A stretch of DNA of 64,000 bases from contig VRMN01000003.1 in assembly GCA_008690995.1 (NCBI GenBank), positions 1,240,001 to 1,304,000 on the forward strand. The letters are read 5' to 3'. Under the pieces are notes generated by a model. It saw only the letters and a program-made list of their open reading frames with translations. It was not told the DNA's origin and did no database searches. This document shows positions 10,966 through 21,216 of this stretch, one piece after another. The DNA is from Porphyridium purpureum (lineage: Eukaryota). Positions within the stretch are counted from its first letter, which is position 1; each line of letters opens with the position of its first letter. Made by a program: the position numbers and the translations under genes.

Positions 10966-11243
10966 TGCTGTGTACTACACCCGCAGCCACTACAACCCCT
11001 CTCTCACCTACAGGCACCCGCCCGGATCGAACCCCGACACCAACGGCACACCAACCTCTCCTCGCACTTCGGTACCTCCTTTACTTTTCGTTTAGCTCGG
11101 GCCGCACGGCGGCGTGGATTATATACTGCCGCAAAGCCCTGGATCTAACTCAGTGGTGGGTTTGGATGGGGTTTTGGAGGGTGGACTGTACTATGGAGTA
11201 CAGGTGCTACATGTGTACAGTGCATGGGGTGTACAGCATAGCA
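10966..11243 (-). repeat. 3' LTR of gypsy element 1
   Basis: Matches 17401-17678 with no difference seen by eye. Confidence 0.96.
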
Positions 11244-11259
11244 CATCTCCCCCACCGCC
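11244..11259 (-). promoter_or_regulatory. Polypurine tract of gypsy element 1
   Basis: Minus-strand GGCGGTGGGGGAGATG immediately precedes the 3' LTR. Confidence 0.75.
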
Positions 11260-11832
11260 TCAACCGCTTGTGCGCGCTCGGGGACCGGGAAGAGAGGAAA
11301 GGGAGGCTGGCTAGCCCGGAGGAAAACCACGCGGGAAACCGGGCAAAGGGGTCGCGGAAAACGACCGCCGGCCAGCCCCAAACAAGCAAAAAATATTGTG
11401 AACGACGGAAAACCCATGCGACCCGGGTGTACGCGGCGGCGTCTTTGTACCTCTTTTCCGTGAGTTTTCGGTTTTCTGGTGCCGACTCCAGACGAGCACA
11501 TTCCGGTGATCCAAGGTTCCGAGATAGAGGTGCAGGCTCAAGCAACACTCAAGAGGAGTTGATTGAAGCCTTTTCCCGCGAGGGAGGGCGCTTGCGGAAA
11601 CCTCGGCGATATGCAACATTTGCCGACCCACCATGAACAGAAATTCCTGATTTGCGGCCAAACGACGCGGCGAAAGTGCGCGAAATGCAATATTGTAACC
11701 TAGATGAGGCCCACGAAGCCAGTCATCACCAAAGCAGAGCTTCTCTCGCCCTGGAACCTCCAGACACTCGTTGCTCATCCGTTGACACCGCCTGCCTCTC
11801 AACACCATATCCTCACTGTACCCACCCTGTGA

Positions 11833-12024
11833 GCCGATACGCCGATACGCCGATACGCCGATACGCCGATACGGATAAACGGATAAACGGATAAACGGAT
11901 AAACGGATAAACGGATAAACGGATAAACGGATAAACGGATAAACGGATAAACGGATAAACGGATAAACGGATAAACGGATAAACGGATAAACGGATAAAC
12001 GGATAAACGGATAAACGGATAAAC
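11833..12024. repeat. Compound 8-mer tandem array (GCCGATAC)5(GGATAAAC)19
   Basis: Read directly from the sequence. It lies in the 3' non-coding region of the gypsy element. Confidence 0.97.
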
Positions 12025-12120
12025 GCCCTCCGCCTTTCTCACAGTCGAAGGTCGGGAAGGATAGAGAGGCAGCGCGAAAGGAGGCCGAGGCTCTTGCCAC
12101 ACGCCGGCGGCCCGGACCGA

Positions 12121-15100
12121 CTATAGAAAGCTCTCGCCCGACGTGGATCGCAATGCAGTGCCGCGGTGCAAGCTGCCGCGGTTGAACGCCCACACAAGGG
12201 CCGGCGGCAGGGCAGAGGAACTTTCCCACGTCCAGTCCTTCTTCCTTGCCCCCTTCCAAGCCACAAGATACTCGGCCCCGTCGCTCCGTTCGCGCCTGGC
12301 TTTCAGACCTGACACCTCAACGATGTCACCGTCGGCGTTTCCCAGGCTGGTCGAGCGCAATGTATCGTTGCTCAGTAGCGCTCGGTCCACTCTCTTCAGC
12401 CGTCGGCGATGCACGAAGAATTCTTTGCCGTCATGCGTCTTGAGCCATGCGCGATGCTCGTCAGCACGCTCAACTTCAAAAGGGCCTACCCAAGGGTCCG
12501 CCAGCTTTCGGCCCTCCCTGCCCAGCGGCGGCTTCCAAACGAACACACAGTCCCCCGGTTCAACGTCAACAATTCGACATGACGCGTTAAGCTCTCGACG
12601 TCGGGCGTCCCGGGTGGCATCATTTTCAACTACTGCGTTGTGCAAGGCCTCGAGCCTGTTGCGCAACAGAATCACAAAGGCGTCCTCCTTTCTTGCGCTG
12701 TCTTGTGGCGCTACTTCCCCTTCGGCGGCCGGGTTGAAGGGTCCCAGCCATGAATTGGCCTCTCGTCCGAACATGAGCTCGTAAGGCGTCCTCTGCGTCG
12801 TGCTGTGTCTAGTCTGGTTGAACGCGGCCACACAGGCAGGCAACCACAAATCCCAATCGTCCTCCGTGACCCACGAAGAAAGCATGTCGCAGAGTGTCCT
12901 GTTAAAGCGTTCGACCGCCCCGTTGGCTTGTGGGTTGTACGCTGTCGTAAACAGCTTTCTAACGCGCAGCATCTTGCATAACTGGCGTAGAACATCGGCT
13001 CGGAAACAGGGCCCGTTGTCGCTCAGAAGAGCTTCCGGTAGGCCAAAGATTGCAGCCCAACGATCCAAAAAAGCCTCGGCAATGGTCTCTGCCCGCTCGT
13101 CTCGCACACATATTGCTATGGTGAACCGAGTGAAAAGGTCGCTCACTACCAGGATTTTTGAATATCCAGTGCTTGTTCTCGGCGTTACCGTTAAAACGTC
13201 CGCAGCAACGACCTCGAACCGCCGGGTAACGACCCGCTTTCCCATGCGGTGGCTTGTGACAGGGGTCGGTGAGCCCTTTCGCGCGGCGCAAGTTCTACAT
13301 TGCTTTACGAACTCCAAGACGTCTTGCAGCCAGCCAGGCCACCAAAACTCCGCGTCGGATATACGTGCCGCCGTCTTGGACACTCCGAAATGCCCGCTGA
13401 AAGGTGCTGAGTGGTAGACATCTAAAATACTGCCCACTAGTCCATCAGGGACTACCTTGCGCGGTTTGTCTTTCAGCGCGGCCCACGCAAGTCCACTTTC
13501 GTCCAGATAGTACTCCGGATAGGAATATACTCGTGGGGACTTTTGCAATGCCGCGAGCTCTTTCGATAGCAGCTCGTCCTCCCTGTACGCTGCCTTGAGC
13601 CTCTCCGGAGATGGGAGCTCGTAGCCCACGGCTTGACCAATCGCGTGCGGATCATCTTCATCTGTCGGTACTGCAGAATCCTCTGCGACGGGATCTCGTC
13701 GCGCACGCGTGCGCACTGCGTTCAGTTCGAGACGTGACAGTGCGTCCGGCACTCGATTCAAGCGGCCTTTAACATGCTCGATGGTAAACGAAAAGTCCTG
13801 AATTGTCAGTGCCCAGCGCGCCAGCCTTCCTCTTGGCTCTTTCATGGACAGGAGCCAACGGAGAGGTTCATGGTCAGTGCGAATGCGTACGGTTGTGCCG
13901 AAAACATAGTGTCGTACCTTTTTGAGACACCAAACTACTGCAAGGCACTCCAGCTCGGTGACCGTATAATTTTGCTCCGCCGACGTCAAAGTCCGCGACA
14001 AAAAAGAGATTGGCGCAAGCTTCCCGTCCGGCATCTCCTGATACAACGCACCGCCCAGTCCTATCTGAGAGGCGTCGGTGTCGAGAACCTTTGGCGCGTT
14101 CGGATCCGCCAACACCAGCATCACTTTGTCCGACGTGAGCACCTCTTTGAATCCGTCGAAAGCGCAGCGCGCGTCTTCCCCAAAGCGTGCCTGCCAGCCG
14201 GCGCACTCTAGATCTGTATTGCGGTGTGCCTTCTTTGCATTGACGTCCAAGCCATCCAGCGCTCTCCGGAGCGGCGCCGCGCGATCCGAGAACCTGGGTA
14301 TGAAGTCCCTGAACCAATTCACAAGCCCTAAGAAACGCAGCAGCTCTGTTGGGCCCTTAGGGTAAGGCCACTTGAGAATGGCTGCCGTACTTTTTCCCCC
14401 CCGGCCGAATGCGGCCTTCTTCCACTTCATGTCCCAGGAAACTGAGCCTTGCCGTAGCGAATTTGCACTTTTGCAGGGAAAATGTCATGTTCTCTTCCTG
14501 GAACTTGCTTAGCACTACGTCTAGGACCTCCAAATGTTTTTCTATCGTTTTGGTCCCTGTCAACATATCGTCTAGGTACATCAGGATGTGTTTCCATCGA
14601 AGCGACCCAAGTATCGTGTTCACAAGTCTCTGGAAGGTAGCGGGCGAGTTTCGGAGGCCCTGTGCAAGGACTGTGTAGCGGAACAGTCCCTCCGCCGTTA
14701 TCATACCGGTGAAGTCCCGCGAGGACTCCGCGAGGGGAACTTGGAAGAAACCGTCAGCCAGGTCCATCACAGAGAAGACTCCACACGGGAGGAAGCGTCC
14801 CATCCAATCTAAGCATTCGCGCACGTCAGGGATTGGGTATCTATCTGGAACGGTGTGGCTGTTCAATTGGCGGAAATCCGTAGTCAGCCGCCACTTACCG
14901 TTTGGCTTTCGAATGATAACGTTCGCGCTGGCATATGGGCCCGAGCAAGGCTCGAGGATGCCCAAAGATAATAAACGCTGGACTAGCGTGCTCTCGGCCT
15001 CTCTTTCAACTTCAGACAATCTACGCAGGCGGGCCGGGGTAAGACGTGCGCCTGGATCAATAGCAATGGAGTGCTCAGTAGACCGTGTGCGACCTGGACG

Positions 15101-15919
15101 GTCCCGGAACACCCTCCAGTGCTTGAGCAACACCGCCCGAAGACCACTTTGGTGAAGCACGTCTACGTGGCTGAGGTCTACATCCATAATGCGAGCACGC
15201 GTCTCCTCTTCGTCCTCTTGCATTACGTTTGGACTCCCGAGCTTACTTGCGTCTCTTTGCTCTACCCCAACGCAATCAATTAAGTTCAGTGATTTTGCAG
15301 GCGCTCCCTCTAAGAGGCGAATCGTGGCGCCGTCTTTCATTTCGAGCTCGCCCTTGCCAAAGGAAAGCGCGTTAGCATTAGCAACCCAGAAATCCCATCC
15401 CAGGATAAGATCTTCGATAAGATCTTCAGCAACTAATGCGCGCACCTGGTACATTGACTGGCCAATTTGTAGCTGAAGCTCTGATGCTCCGACAATACCG
15501 AGGGAGCTTCCGCCTGCAGTTCGACACTCCTGCGCCACGTCCTGTATTACGGCTCCTAGAGAACTGACCCACTTTGCTCGCGCATATACACCGGCAATCC
15601 CTACAGCACCCGTGTCGGCAAGAGCATCTACGGCAGATCCCGAGACCTTGACAGGCGTGCGACCCGATCGCATGACACGTGCTTTGGCCAACACGCGCAC
15701 GTACGGGACTCTGCCAGAAGCAGATTCCACCAGATGGTTTAAGACTTCCAAGGTTGGACTCGCTCGCAGGATTCGCTTCGGCCCTAGAGCTAGATCATCA
15801 ATCACGGAACTTGTTCGAATTTCGGTGTTCTCTTCACCTACGCTGGGCTTGCGATATCCCAACGCTTCCATGGCCTCATCCACGGCCCTCCCATTCCACG
15901 CTACCACGCGTCCGCGTAG
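12121..15919 (-). CDS. pol: Gypsy Pol (PR-RT-RH-IN-chromodomain) with a single 1-nt frame break near 14390-14402
   Basis: PR: ADTGA. RT: WRLTTDFRQLN, DLADGFFQV, QGLRNSPATFQR and YLDD. RH: DTDAS, ELECLA, TDHEPL and PDALSR. IN: H..GH..CRTC, SDNG, VERFN and WVGPF. Chromodomain: EYLVAWKG..DWTWE. Confidence 0.93.
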
Positions 15920-17131
15920 TCACTCGCTCGCAGGCGCCGCCGAGGTAGCTCTGCGCACCGGTGCTGGCGCCAGGCAGTCTCCGGCATAGTGTCCTGTCCC
16001 TTGGCAGCGGCGACACCCCACTCGATCCGAGTTGGCCATTAAACGGTTCCCCCCGATTCCGGGCACGCCCAAAACGGCTGCCACCCGGTCCGCCAGGAAC
16101 TCCACTTCGATCAACTTTTGATCCTCTGTCTCCTTCGCCGGGTCAGGAGGTACACCCCCAAGATTTGGTTCGGAATCATGAAGTACATTGACCGCAGCCC
16201 CCGGTGGACGGAAAACCGGTCTCCCTTGGGCAAAGCTTCGTCCCTTCTCCAGTGTCGACCCGTAGTTTTTCTCCAACGGTAAAATCATTCCGAAGAATGT
16301 TTCTGTGGCAGCGTGGAGACGACCCATCTGTTGAATATCTCGAGGAAGTCCTCGAACAAAGTCGCTCTTCATCGACGCCTCGGATTTCCCAAGAGCAGCG
16401 CCGAGCTCGTACACGGCGCGGTGATAGTTTGCCACTGACTCGCCCTTCGTCCATTTCCTCTCGCAGTACTCTTGTTCCACAGATTCCAAAAGCTGAGGAG
16501 ACCAGAAAACCGAACGCGCCCACGCCCAACGCTGCTGAGCCGAGTACTCCGTCGCAAGCTCGCCGTTCTTCTCGGCAGTGCGATAAACCTGCTCAGCCGA
16601 ATCCGCAAAAGCTAGAACCACAAACTTTGCCGTGAGGTCGGCTGGAATGTGGCGACATGCTTCCACCCAGGTCAAATACGTGGTTTCGAACCTGAGATCA
16701 CGCGCGTGACGGATGCGACAGTCTTTCATCTCGAGAATGACCGACCTCTTCATTTCTTGCTCGAGTTTGATGAGCCGGAGCTCCTCAGTGGACATTGTCA
16801 ACAGGCTCGAACCATCAGAGACCGCCAGTGCAGTCCCGATTCTGGACGCGCGGCTGGGCTCCCCCGGTGGCTCGGCACCATGTTCGGCGGATCTTGGCCG
16901 AGAACCGCGATCCTGCGCGTCCGCAATCGTCGGTTCGTCCAGCTGCGGTCCGAGACGCTGAACGATCATCTCCATTCTCTGACGTATCTGGTCAATGCTT
17001 TCGCGCAGCTGCTCCTGGCCGGATGCGATCAGCTCTACACGTCCCTGGAGTGCCGCCACATCAGCCGTGACGCTCGCTACAGTTGGACGCCCGGCCATTT
17101 CCCCCAAGATATCCGACAGGCGTCCGGACAT
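15920..17131 (-). CDS. gag: Gypsy Gag
   Basis: 403 aa with an N-terminal coiled coil, a retrotransposon gag-like ESV..Y...FVRGL segment and the CRRCQGTGHYAGDC knuckle. Confidence 0.9.
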   Translation of the reverse strand: MSGRLSDILGEMAGRPTVASVTADVAALQGRVELIASGQEQLRESIDQIRQRMEMIVQRLGPQLDEPTIADAQDRGSRPRSAEHGAEPPGEPSRASRIGTALAVSDGSSLLTMSTEELRLIKLEQEMKRSVILEMKDCRIRHARDLRFETTYLTWVEACRHIPADLTAKFVVLAFADSAEQVYRTAEKNGELATEYSAQQRWAWARSVFWSPQLLESVEQEYCERKWTKGESVANYHRAVYELGAALGKSEASMKSDFVRGLPRDIQQMGRLHAATETFFGMILPLEKNYGSTLEKGRSFAQGRPVFRPPGAAVNVLHDSEPNLGGVPPDPAKETEDQKLIEVEFLADRVAAVLGVPGIGGNRLMANSDRVGCRRCQGTGHYAGDCLAPAPVRRATSAAPASE

Positions 17132-17400
17132 AAATCAGATAATCAGTCAGTCCCTAGAAATCAAACGCAAAAGTGTGCAATGCGTGTGCTGAAGCCACCC
17201 GGCTTCCCACACAAGTTCAAAAACCAAACAGAACTATCTTTTCAAAGCCACCCGACTTCAAACGAGACACCAGAGCCACCCGACCTGGCACCTCTCCCCC
17301 ACGTCGCCCTGGTTCCGGGCCACCCGACCACCAACCAGACCGGCCCGCGCGCTCCCACAAGAAATTACTCAAGAATGGGGCAACGCTAATTCTAGAATTA

Positions 17401-17678
17401 TGCTGTGTACTACACCCGCAGCCACTACAACCCCTCTCTCACCTACAGGCACCCGCCCGGATCGAACCCCGACACCAACGGCACACCAACCTCTCCTCGC
17501 ACTTCGGTACCTCCTTTACTTTTCGTTTAGCTCGGGCCGCACGGCGGCGTGGATTATATACTGCCGCAAAGCCCTGGATCTAACTCAGTGGTGGGTTTGG
17601 ATGGGGTTTTGGAGGGTGGACTGTACTATGGAGTACAGGTGCTACATGTGTACAGTGCATGGGGTGTACAGCATAGCA
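17401..17678 (-). repeat. 5' LTR of gypsy element 1
   Basis: Direct repeat of 10966-11243, with minus-strand TATATAA inside. Confidence 0.96.
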
Positions 17679-17827
17679 CAGGGGAAGTTGGGGCGGCTTC
17701 TCCCTCACTGGACATTCTGACCCGTCAGCAGACCGCTAATCGCTTCACTCAGGCCCGACTCCTTGCTGGATAGATCAAAGAAAGCGGACGAAGAGAGCAA
17801 ACGGGCAAGCACAAGTGAATTTCGAAA

Positions 17828-18245
17828 TGTCACAAAAACCGGTTTTACGGGGTTTTGTGCCCCGGAGAGACCGCGAAGGCGTAGGGAAGAACTGCTACAC
17901 GTCAGGCAGTGGGCCCGCCACCACGGACGTGAGGTCGGTCTGCAGGAGGTGATCTTCAGAATCCCTTGCTGCTTATAAGGACAACAAACCCTTTTTAACT
18001 AAATGTTCTTCACTACGCTCATCTCTGGTCCTCCTTTTTTTCCCGTCATTAGCTTGCGGGAGACGGAGTCCACTTTATATACTTCGCACGAGGTGACCGC
18101 TGTACGCCGGGCTGGCGTGGGACGAGATCCTGCGTGAGAACTATCTTGCGAGGCTCGGCATGATCCCGTGCCTGTCGACAGCCCGGAGAAGCGATGCGAG
18201 GTGCATCTCTTAGTACAGTGGCTTGGAAGAGTGAACTTTCTGACA
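17828..18245 (-). repeat. 5' LTR of copia element 1
   Basis: Direct repeat of 6089-6506. Confidence 0.96.
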
Positions 18246-19480
18246 GACCTGGAGTCACCTTGTCACGGCGCGCCACGAGATTTGGCGATTTTTGCCAATG
18301 TCATCATGGAGTGACAAAGATACAAAATGGTCCCTCAATCAAAATCTTAAATACGACAAAAGAATCCGGTGCGGGCGCAAAGTTGGCTTTCGCGTGCGCA
18401 CCAGTTGTGCTGTCGCGAAGGGGAGCGGCAAGCATGCCATTGGTCTGTCGAAGAAGCAAGAAAGCCGTGGTTCCATGTGGACACCGCGGCTTGACTGTTT
18501 TTTGTCGTTGATTTAGTGGCTCGAACAGAAATCCTCGCCAACATTCAATCAGTGAGGATTCGTGCGCGAACGTGCGAGCCGTGCAATCTGGATTGAAGTT
18601 TATGCGTCTCATTCATGATAACCCGCCGCAAGAATCTTCTCTGACTACCGCAAGCTTCTACGAGATTCAAACGCCTGCTCCGGCACCTGCGCAGAACTGA
18701 TTTGCGAAATCGCTCTCGGCACACCCATTGCGTCCAACTTTCTGCGAAAGTTTCATTTCGGGGCAGCGTAGTCTACTCAGTCGGTCTTATTGCATCAGCA
18801 GCGTCCTCCAGCATGTCTGCGGCCCTGTGCGCAGCATCCTCCCCGCTGTCTTTTACGCTCTATTTAACATCGCGCCCATGATGAAAACTCTGCTCCTCAT
18901 TTTTCTTCTTTTCGGGCCCAAGATCCACTGTGGTGGCCCTTGTACACTGCGTCCTTCTCTTCGAGTGTTTGCTTCGCTTCCCAATCTGCTACGCTCTTCA
19001 ATATCTCGCATTCGCAGCCTTCCCAAGTTCAAAGTCGGACGTGCGGCTCATTGCGTCCCGTCGTACAGTCGTGGCAATGGTGGGTACAAGTCCTGCGTGC
19101 CATTGTTCACGGAGTCATCTTCGCGCGAGAAAGGCAGCACTGTGTGCTTCATTGTGCCAGCTACGTCAGATGATTCAATGTACGGAGCCGTACCTTTTCT
19201 TCGCTCGCTCGCTCTGACTACGTGGAAGATGACATGTGGAACAATTGTCCCTAGCAAGAATCATCGCGTGCCTCCAGATGGAAGGGCTAAAAACTACTGC
19301 TGGTGCCAGCGCAACCAGGACTCAGGAGCGGGGTGTCGCGTTCTCAGGGGTATAAGAAGACAGCGGACTCTTCGGGCAAAGTGGAAGGCAGAGGACAAGC
19401 GCCGACGTTGACGAGCCTCAGAGATTTTCCAACATTTGAAGTATTGCCGAGGAAACGATTCTACTATCTTTTGAGAGAAA

Positions 19481-19816
19481 ATGGCAGAGACGCAGAACAA
19501 GACCCTCACCGAACAGGTGACTGGTGCGATGAACCAAGCATCGGAAACGATTCAAAACGCGCTCGGGCTGGCGCAGCCCGAACCGACGCCCGGTGAGGTT
19601 CGCAAGGAGGAGCTTGAGAATGCCCGCAATGCGGGATCTGAGGCTGTGAACAGCGCTGCAAACGCCATGGGTGCTGCAAAGGACGAGGCCAACGACGCCG
19701 TCAAGTCTGACGCCGAGCAAGCGAGGAAGGATGCCGAGAACGCCAAGCAGACGGTCACAGACAAAGTAGACTCTGCTCGACAGACCGTTGCAGAGAAAGT
19801 AAGCCCGAACAACTAA
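19481..19816 (+). CDS. LEA-like hydrophilic protein
   Basis: 111 aa, A/E/K/N/Q/T-rich amphipathic repeats, no aromatic residues. Shares LG...EPTP.E and V.E.V.P with its neighbour. Confidence 0.75.
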   Translation: MAETQNKTLTEQVTGAMNQASETIQNALGLAQPEPTPGEVRKEELENARNAGSEAVNSAANAMGAAKDEANDAVKSDAEQARKDAENAKQTVTDKVDSARQTVAEKVSPNN

Positions 19817-20176
19817 GAGCAGTTTGGTTGCCGCGAGCAAACAAGACTCGGCTTGATGAAACTGTTGCGATTCCGTGCTTCCACGTGGAATGTCGGCCGC
19901 TTGACGATTCCCGCAAGGCAACGTCGTAAAACGCAAACGGTAAAGAACGTTCTAGCTACTCTGCAAAATCGATTCAACCCGCGCTGGGATTTTTCTAACA
20001 ACGGTGCCTGCAAGTGAACTACGATTATCGTGGAAACATCGTTGGCTCGGGATTCAGTGAGGCGTGGAGGGCGGCATCGGATAACAGGTGAAAATCGGGA
20101 AAGTTAGCGAGAAGGTGCATCAAACGGTCAGAGAGAGATTCGGAAAGGGCGTGGATCGGCACAGCAACATTACAAG

Positions 20177-20392
20177 ATGCAGGACGCTTTGCACGACGCT
20201 GGAGTAAAGCTTGGCGTGGTTGAGCCCACGCCGGAGGAGAGGATGCAGGCCGCAGGGGAGAAGACGAAGGATGCCGCAAAGGATGTGACGGCTGGTGTGA
20301 CTGGCGCGGCCACTGCCGGAGTTGAAAAAGTTGTCGAGGTAGCAGACAGTGCTCGCGCAGCTGTGGCGGAAGCCGTTGCTCCTAAAAAGTGA
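20177..20392 (+). CDS. Small LEA-like hydrophilic protein
   Basis: 71 aa containing AGEKTKDAAKD. Paralog of 5561-5752 and 19481-19816. Confidence 0.72.
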   Translation: MQDALHDAGVKLGVVEPTPEERMQAAGEKTKDAAKDVTAGVTGAATAGVEKVVEVADSARAAVAEAVAPKK

Positions 20393-20998
20393 GGGGCAGA
20401 AATCTGGGTGTGAGGCCACAATGCCTTCAACCTGGTGGGCCGTAAGTTAGGAGAAGAAAAATAAACCGGTGGTCAATCTTTGGCAACAACGTTGTGTAAG
20501 AAACTTCTTACTACGTACGAATATTCTATTCACGACCACTAGTGCATGAATTTTGTCCAATCAAAGCCTGTGTGGATTTCGCTGCGGTAGCCGTAAGGCA
20601 TGCGATGCGCGATCAAAGTCCCGTGTTGCAATAAAACGAGCTGTGGACTCACAAGGGACCCAACTGGATGACATGGAAGCGCAGATGTTCAACCGGAATC
20701 CCGATCGAGGGGTGCAGCGCGCATCATCCTTCGCGCGCAACCGCGAAGCAGCATCCTTCTGTAGATGCCACCGCACGGTGGTCTGTCGTGTGCCACCCGG
20801 ACGGCTCACGCGCCATACCTGTGCGCGCGGCTCACACAGACCACCGTGTGACCGCGCATACCCCACTGCGTGCGTGGCGTCAAAATGGACCCACACTGAG
20901 CCGTCATCGACAGCCGTTCAATATCTTGCGACTGAACACACGCAAAACGATCTCTTTTAGATAGACAAAGCGCGCAGTGTGCCCATGCCTGTGGCGTG

Positions 20999-21006
20999 TA
21001 TAAATA
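20999..21006 (+). promoter_or_regulatory. Putative TATA box
   Basis: TATAAATA about 210 bp upstream of ATG 21217, followed by a GA/GT-repeat leader. Confidence 0.5.
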
Positions 21007-21216
21007 GTCGGCAGCGAACGGAAAAAGCCCAGGTTTGGAAGAGGAGGAAAGAGAGAGAATCAGACAGAAAGCTTAGAACCAAGTCTGTGGATGTGAGAGT
21101 AGGAGAGAGAGCGAGCGAGCGAGTGTGTGTGTCTGTGTGTGTGTCTGTGTGTGTGGGGTGGGAACAGGTGGAGAGACTGGGACAGGGGTTTGCAAGAGCT
21201 GAACGTGACAAGGAGC

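Larger units (their letters stand above)
10966..17678 (-). mobile_element. Complete Ty3/gypsy chromovirus-type LTR retrotransposon nested in the copia gag
   Basis: Two 278-bp LTRs TGCTGTG...CATAGCA, 4-bp TSD CAGG (10962-10965 and 17679-17682), domain order gag, PR-RT-RH-IN-chromodomain, and a PPT next to the 3' LTR. Confidence 0.97.
6089..18245 (-). mobile_element. Complete Ty1/copia LTR retrotransposon (GalEa-like by inference), interrupted by a nested gypsy element
   Basis: Two 418-bp direct repeats TGTCA...TGACA, flanked by a 5-bp TSD GACCT (6084-6088 and 18246-18250). Domain order on the minus strand is gag, then PR-IN-RT-RH. Confidence 0.97.

Noticed and set aside
11311..12259. ORFs with repeated LSVYPFIR peptides; also a CRISPR or telomere reading of the array
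   Set aside because: They are translations of the 8-mer array. It has no spacers, no G-rich telomere strand, and is internal to a retroelement.
14390..14402. GGGAAAA as a programmed -1 frameshift site
   Set aside because: The frame change needed is +1 and it lies inside pol, not at the gag/pol junction.
18728..19411. 227-aa ORF between the copia 5' LTR and the LEA-like gene
   Set aside because: Non-ATG start, atypical composition and no motifs. It is probably upstream non-coding DNA.
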